Source: Clostridia bacterium
GTDB lineage: Bacteria; Bacillota; Clostridia; Christensenellales; RUG350
Length of the DNA: 37,386 nucleotides
Assembly: GCA_045633305.1 (NCBI GenBank)
Contig: JAZQYG010000024.1
Coordinates: 1-37,386 of the forward strand
Direction: 5' to 3'
Below are positions 33,216-37,386 of this stretch, piece by piece. Below the pieces are notes generated by a model. The model saw nothing but the letters and a program-made list of their open reading frames with translations, was not told where the DNA came from and did no database searches. Both the position numbers and the translations under genes were made by a program. How positions within the stretch are numbered: position 1 is the first letter of the stretch; each line of letters starts with the position of its first letter.

Positions 33216-33288
33216 GGCAGGAGTAGTCGGAATTGAACCAACACCGTTGGAGTCAGAGGCCAACGTGCTACCACTACACCATACTCCA
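33215..33288 (-). tRNA. tRNA-Gln (anticodon CUG)
   Basis: A manual cloverleaf from the minus strand sequence TGGAGTA-TG-GTGT-AGTGGTA-GCAC-G-TTGGC-CTCTGAC-TCCAA-CGGT-GTTGG-TTCAATT-CCGAC-TACTCCT-G-CCA. U8, G18G19, the TTC loop and an encoded CCA are all present. The 1:72 (U.U) and 31:39 (C.U) pairs are non-canonical. Confidence 0.75.
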
Positions 33289-33302
33289 TCGCAACGCAAA
33301 TT

Positions 33303-33331
33303 ATTATATATTATTTTTTGTTTATTTGCAA
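33303..33331 (-). promoter_or_regulatory. Consensus promoter for tRNA-Gln
   Basis: The minus strand reads TTGCAA, 17-nt spacer, TATAAT, about 15 nt upstream of the tRNA 5' end. Confidence 0.6.
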
Positions 33332-33346
33332 GCGTTTAACAAAGTT

Positions 33347-33997
33347 TTATTGCTCTTTTTGGTCGGGCTCTACTGCTTTGTTTTCTTTTTTGGATTTTAA
33401 CGAAAGTTTGATTATATAAGATATTATCACCAAAAGTATAAGCCCCACAAGAGCGTAAATTATTATATCGATATACGCGGTAAATAGTTTTGCAAGCACG
33501 AAAATTATAGTAGATGCAATCAAATTTCCGCAAGCAACGGCAAGAATCGTTTGAGTAAAATTCATACCGAGAAAAACTGCTATTGCCGTTCCCGTCCAAG
33601 TGCCCGTCATAGGAAGAGGAATCGCAATAAATCCCGCAGTTCCAAGCGTTTTTATTTTGTTTGCCGTTTTTTTGCTTTCTTCAGAGTCTACTTTTGCGCT
33701 AATTTTTGCGGACTTTTCAAGAATAATATCTTCTATTTTGTCAACGAATTTTTTGAACCATTTGATTTTTTTCAAAAGATTGAGTATCGGCTTTAATATA
33801 AAGAACAGTAACACACCAACGAGAGTGGACCCAAGCCATGATAGTAGCCATACGAGGTAATCGTTAATCGCCATACCGCCTATTCCTATAAGAATAGAGC
33901 CTCTCAGTTCTACGAAAGGTATTGCGGACACGAAAAATATCGTAATTATATCGTTTCCAAATAAATTTCCAAAAAATTCTACTATTTGCTCTGCCAT
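33347..33997 (-). CDS. Membrane protein, putative small multidrug export family (COG2426-like)
   Basis: The start is MAEQIVEFF with AAGGAG upstream. The track extension to 34111 overlaps the divergent promoter. Motif AIPFVELRGSILIGIG. Confidence 0.6.
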   Translation of the reverse strand: MAEQIVEFFGNLFGNDIITIFFVSAIPFVELRGSILIGIGGMAINDYLVWLLSWLGSTLVGVLLFFILKPILNLLKKIKWFKKFVDKIEDIILEKSAKISAKVDSEESKKTANKIKTLGTAGFIAIPLPMTGTWTGTAIAVFLGMNFTQTILAVACGNLIASTIIFVLAKLFTAYIDIIIYALVGLILLVIISYIIKLSLKSKKENKAVEPDQKEQ

Positions 33998-34035
33998 AAC
34001 GACTCCTTTTACTTTTATGATTATAAGATAAATAA

Positions 34036-34064
34036 TTGCAAAAGTCAACACGAAGATGTATAAT
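34036..34064 (+). promoter_or_regulatory. Consensus promoter placed 6 nt before the ttcA-like ATG
   Basis: TTGCAA, 17-nt spacer, TATAAT (34059-34064). The ATG is at 34071. Confidence 0.5.
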
Positions 34065-34070
34065 ATATCT

Positions 34071-34799
34071 ATGCAAAAAATCATAGGCGCTATGCGTAGA
34101 GCAATCAACAATTACAAAATGATAAAAAGCGGTGACAAAGTTGCAGTAGGCGTATCAGGTGGAAAAGATAGCCTTGCATTACTTACCGCCCTTTCAATGT
34201 ACCAAAAATTTGCTCCCGAAAAGTTTGACCTCGTTGGAATATCGGTTGACCTTGGGTTTCCAGAGGCCGTCCCCGCTCTTGATAAGATAAAAAAATACTG
34301 CGACACGCTTGGCGTTGATTTTCACGTAGAAAAATCCGATATTGCTAAAATAATTTTTGAAGAGCGCAAAGAAAAGAATCCTTGCTCGCTTTGCTCTAAA
34401 ATGAGAAGAGGGGCGCTCAACACTTCTGCTATTCGCCTCGGCGCAAACAAAGTTGCTCTCGGTCATCACGCAGACGACGTACTCGAGACTTTCTTGCTAT
34501 CCTTTATCTACGAGGGTAGACTGTCTACTTTTAAGCCACTCACCTATCTTGACCGTTCGGATATAACTATCATACGCCCCTTTATATACGTAGAAGAGGG
34601 CGACATAAAAGGAGCAACTAATCGTTACTCCTTTCCCGTTTACAAAAATCCTTGTCCCGCCGACCATCATACCGAACGGGAATATATGAAAAATTTAGTT
34701 AAATCAATTTCAAAAGACGTACCTATCGCGCGCGACCGTATGACGAGCGCAATTCTTCATCCCGAAAGGTATAACCTTTTCCCCGAAATCGAAAATTAA
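34071..34799 (+). CDS. ttcA: PP-loop ATPase, TtcA-family tRNA thiolation protein
   Basis: SGGKDS PP-loop, Cys motifs NPCSLCSKMRRG and NPCPADH, GHHADD. The start could also be 34056. Confidence 0.8.
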   Translation: MQKIIGAMRRAINNYKMIKSGDKVAVGVSGGKDSLALLTALSMYQKFAPEKFDLVGISVDLGFPEAVPALDKIKKYCDTLGVDFHVEKSDIAKIIFEERKEKNPCSLCSKMRRGALNTSAIRLGANKVALGHHADDVLETFLLSFIYEGRLSTFKPLTYLDRSDITIIRPFIYVEEGDIKGATNRYSFPVYKNPCPADHHTEREYMKNLVKSISKDVPIARDRMTSAILHPERYNLFPEIEN

Positions 34800-35677
34800 A
34801 AACAAAGTAGCAAAAGTCCCACGAAAGCAACCGCAACCGAAACGTAATTGCGCGCTTTGGGCTTTTCTCCTATGATTGCGCTAATTAAAGTGGAGAATAT
34901 CATACAACCACCCGTGCACAAAGGATATTGAAGGGAGGCGTCTATTCCACCAGACAGCGCAATAAGAAGAATCAAATTCGCTCCCCCGTTAAACACGAAG
35001 AATAATACTGATGCAATAAGAGAACTTTTCGGCTTATTAAGAGAGAAAAGTTCTTTTGATTTTGCCTTGCCTTTTTTTATGAAAATAAAACCGAGTATAC
35101 AAAGCATAACGGTTGCTTCGCACAAGTAAAATAAGAAACTATACTGCGCGCTACCTACTGCAAGATTCGGATAATCTTGGTGCCACGCTGCAAAGGCGGA
35201 AAATAATCCGTTTGCAACGAACATCAATATGCAATAAAAAAGTCCGTTAGCGTTTTTAATCTTGCCACAACCGATAAATAAAGCAACGATAAGAAGAACG
35301 ATACAAAGTCCTTTGGTTAAAGTCAAAGATTCTCCACCGAAGATAATTCCGTACAAAAAGGGAACTACCATACCGCCGGCGTTAGTAAATAGGGCGTAAA
35401 GTGAAAGGTTTACCACACTCATTGCTTTGATGCCGATAAATATGTAAATCAAACTCATTGCCGTTTGAAGTATTGCAATAACTACGGAAAAGGCTTTGAA
35501 CTCCACCTTAAATCCGCTCATAGCAAGCATTACAATCATACCAACGACCGAACTGAGCGTTGCGTAAACTACTGCTTTATAAAAACCTTCACCTTCGTTT
35601 CTTTGATAAACTTTACTACATAGTCCGTTAACTGCAAGAGACGCCGCCGCTACGACTATGAGAAAATAATAGAACAT
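34796..35677 (-). CDS. DMT/EamA-like 10-TM transporter
   Basis: 293 aa, two similar 5-TM halves, GGAGG upstream. The family call rests on topology only. Confidence 0.5.
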   Translation of the reverse strand: MFYYFLIVVAAASLAVNGLCSKVYQRNEGEGFYKAVVYATLSSVVGMIVMLAMSGFKVEFKAFSVVIAILQTAMSLIYIFIGIKAMSVVNLSLYALFTNAGGMVVPFLYGIIFGGESLTLTKGLCIVLLIVALFIGCGKIKNANGLFYCILMFVANGLFSAFAAWHQDYPNLAVGSAQYSFLFYLCEATVMLCILGFIFIKKGKAKSKELFSLNKPKSSLIASVLFFVFNGGANLILLIALSGGIDASLQYPLCTGGCMIFSTLISAIIGEKPKARNYVSVAVAFVGLLLLCF

Positions 35678-35724
35678 TTGTAGCCTCCAAACTTGTTTTC
35701 AAACCACAAGAATATAACACACTT

Positions 35725-36486
35725 TTATTTATTTTCAAAGCGTTTTTCTACAATAAAAATAAAAGAATATGAATTTTCGATATTTATTTTATCGGGATAG
35801 GCGAAAATACTCGCCGAATACTCGATAAATTTATCCTCTTTAAATATAGCGTCATCCGCGCTATTTAACGAAAGCCTATTTTTTCGCGCGAATTTCCCCT
35901 CTCGTTTAGAAAAAATATTCGTTGCGCTTTGACCTAAAATATCTTTAACTACAAAGCCGTGATTTGTAAGTAACTTTTCAAACTCTTCTTTTTTGTAGGC
36001 GCGCTTGTGAAATGAATTCGTGGGTTTACCATCTTCGCTTAAATACTCAAAATTAATATTTGGAATAGAGCAGATAAATTTTCCATTATCTTTTAAAGAA
36101 TCGTATATAAAATCAAAAAGATTATCGGGAGAGTCAAGATGTTCAATAACTTCAAACGCCACGATAAAGTCGAACTTGCCGTAATCTTTTTGAATTTTTA
36201 AGTTCAAATCTTCTTTGAAAAAAGAAAGTTTCAGGCTCTCTTTCTCTTTTGCCGAGGTCAAATACTCCTCACTATTATCAAGCCCCACGACCTCCCCCGA
36301 AACCTTTGATAAAATTTCCGAGCCGTAACCGTTTGCAGAGCCTATATCGAGAGTGCGAGGGCAAAGATAATTAATTTTGTTCACCTCGTCCCTTGCAAAA
36401 TAGTATCTTGCAAGAGATTCTATCTTCATCCAAAAATATTTTCCACTACTCTCGTAAGGATTAATAAATTCTTTTTCGTCCCACAT
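35725..36486 (-). CDS. Class I SAM-dependent methyltransferase
   Basis: Motif I LDIGSANGYGS and post-I GLDNS. FDFIVAFEVIEHL is typical of the Methyltransf_11/23 type. Confidence 0.75.
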   Translation of the reverse strand: MWDEKEFINPYESSGKYFWMKIESLARYYFARDEVNKINYLCPRTLDIGSANGYGSEILSKVSGEVVGLDNSEEYLTSAKEKESLKLSFFKEDLNLKIQKDYGKFDFIVAFEVIEHLDSPDNLFDFIYDSLKDNGKFICSIPNINFEYLSEDGKPTNSFHKRAYKKEEFEKLLTNHGFVVKDILGQSATNIFSKREGKFARKNRLSLNSADDAIFKEDKFIEYSASIFAYPDKINIENSYSFIFIVEKRFENK

Positions 36487-36539
36487 AATTCCTCCCGTGC
36501 AAAATATATCACAAAAACTAATATTTTACAACAAAAAAA

Positions 36540-36568
36540 TTGATTAAAAACTTGCTTTGATGTATAAT
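36540..36568 (+). promoter_or_regulatory. Promoter for PHP-domain gene
   Basis: TTGATT, 17-nt spacer, TATAAT. Confidence 0.5.
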
Positions 36569-36585
36569 GAGATTGAGGTGAAATT

Positions 36586-37245
36586 ATGTTTAAATGCGAT
36601 ACACACGTTCATACAAACGAGTCGAGCGTTTGCGGAAAAATTCCAGCAAAAGATATTGTCCATCTATACAAAAACGCGGGCTTTGACACGATATTTATAA
36701 CCGACCACTTCGATTATAGATATATCGACACAAACGCGCCCGATTTTGAAAAAGTCGTTTACGAGTATACCCTTGGATATCGTATAGCAAAAGAAGAAGG
36801 CAAAAAGATAGGTCTCACCGTTTTATTCGGGGCAGAAATTATGCTCAAAGAAAACAAGAATCACTATCTTCTCTACGGATTAACTCCCGAATTTTTAGCA
36901 AAAAGGCGTGATATATTCGATATGAATATTCAAGAACTTCACGAGTATGCAAAGTCAAACGGCATTTTCCTCGTGCAAGCCCACCCATACCGCGACGAGG
37001 TAAATACTCCTATGCCAAACGACGTAGACGCAATCGAGGTATATAACTCTCACCCCCGTCACCGCAATTACAACGAAAAAGCCCTCGCTATCGCCCTTGA
37101 ACACGACAAACTCCAAACGGCAGGCTCGGACGCGCACCAACTCCCCGACGTCGGACTCACGGGAGTCTTGACCAAAAACAAAATAACCTCCCCGCTTGAT
37201 TATATAAACGCAGTTAAAAATAAGGAAATTACGATTATTAAATAA
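36586..37245 (+). CDS. PHP-domain metal-dependent phosphoesterase
   Basis: CDTHVHTNESS N-terminal His motif, ITDH, QAHPYR and GSDAH motifs of the PHP superfamily. Confidence 0.75.
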   Translation: MFKCDTHVHTNESSVCGKIPAKDIVHLYKNAGFDTIFITDHFDYRYIDTNAPDFEKVVYEYTLGYRIAKEEGKKIGLTVLFGAEIMLKENKNHYLLYGLTPEFLAKRRDIFDMNIQELHEYAKSNGIFLVQAHPYRDEVNTPMPNDVDAIEVYNSHPRHRNYNEKALAIALEHDKLQTAGSDAHQLPDVGLTGVLTKNKITSPLDYINAVKNKEITIIK

Positions 37246-37246
37246 A

Positions 37247-37386
37247 TGAATATCAACGAAGCGATAATTAAAAGAATAGAAGAAATTTGCGAACAAAATA
37301 ATCTTAACGTATGTGAAGCAACGTTAAACGGTGGCAAATCCCCGTCAGCAATATATGATTTGATTAAAGGTAGAACGAAGTGCTCT
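37247..37386 (+). CDS. Unknown ORF, 3' end cut by window (possibly HTH-like)
   Basis: The ATG lies 1 nt after the PHP stop. The frame stays open to the window end (MNINEAIIKRIEEICEQNNLNVCEATLNGGKSPSAIYDLIKGRTK). No firm family is recognised. Confidence 0.3.

Noticed and set aside
33096-33299. 67-aa minus-strand ORF across 33096..33299.
   Set aside because: It reads through the tRNA-Gln gene and the repeat/terminator, so it is an artefact of ORF calling.

Overview
This is a chromosomal, mostly housekeeping stretch of a low-GC Firmicute, Clostridia-like in gene content and in its canonical TTGACA-17-TATAAT promoters.

From left to right the window holds:
- a 5'-truncated gdhA
- a divergent GH4 glycosidase/AraC pair
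- aspA
- a lysine riboswitch driving an NhaC-family transporter
- a long minus-strand block: rqcP-like S4 gene, DEDDh exonuclease, mnmG, mnmE, jag, yidC, yidD, rnpA and rpmH (rpmH is not in the ORF track; I found it by hand)
- minE-minD
- a solitary plus-strand mazF
- a PrsA-like lipoprotein
- an operon of CPBP-CPBP-M14 peptidase-tadA-pth-mfd
- a cobalamin riboswitch driving a DUF4430 lipoprotein and an S-component-like membrane protein
- an MBL hydrolase, prs, and translationally coupled cysK-mnmA
- a plus-strand operon of a small ACT-like (TM1266-like) protein, an ABC binding protein and a permease, with no ATPase, behind a leader terminator
- a one-gene four-helix-bundle (Avd-like) cassette bounded by 75-nt direct repeats that abut a tRNA-Gln
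- then a COG2426 membrane protein, ttcA-like gene, DMT transporter, methyltransferase, PHP phosphoesterase and a truncated ORF

I see no CRISPR array, transposase, integrase or rRNA, and no clear multi-gene defence system. The best candidates for something undescribed are the repeat-bounded Avd-like cassette, the ATPase-less ABC operon with its unclassified leader, and the antitoxin-less mazF.

All RNA folds, repeat alignments and family assignments were done by eye. Coordinates of RNA elements are approximate.
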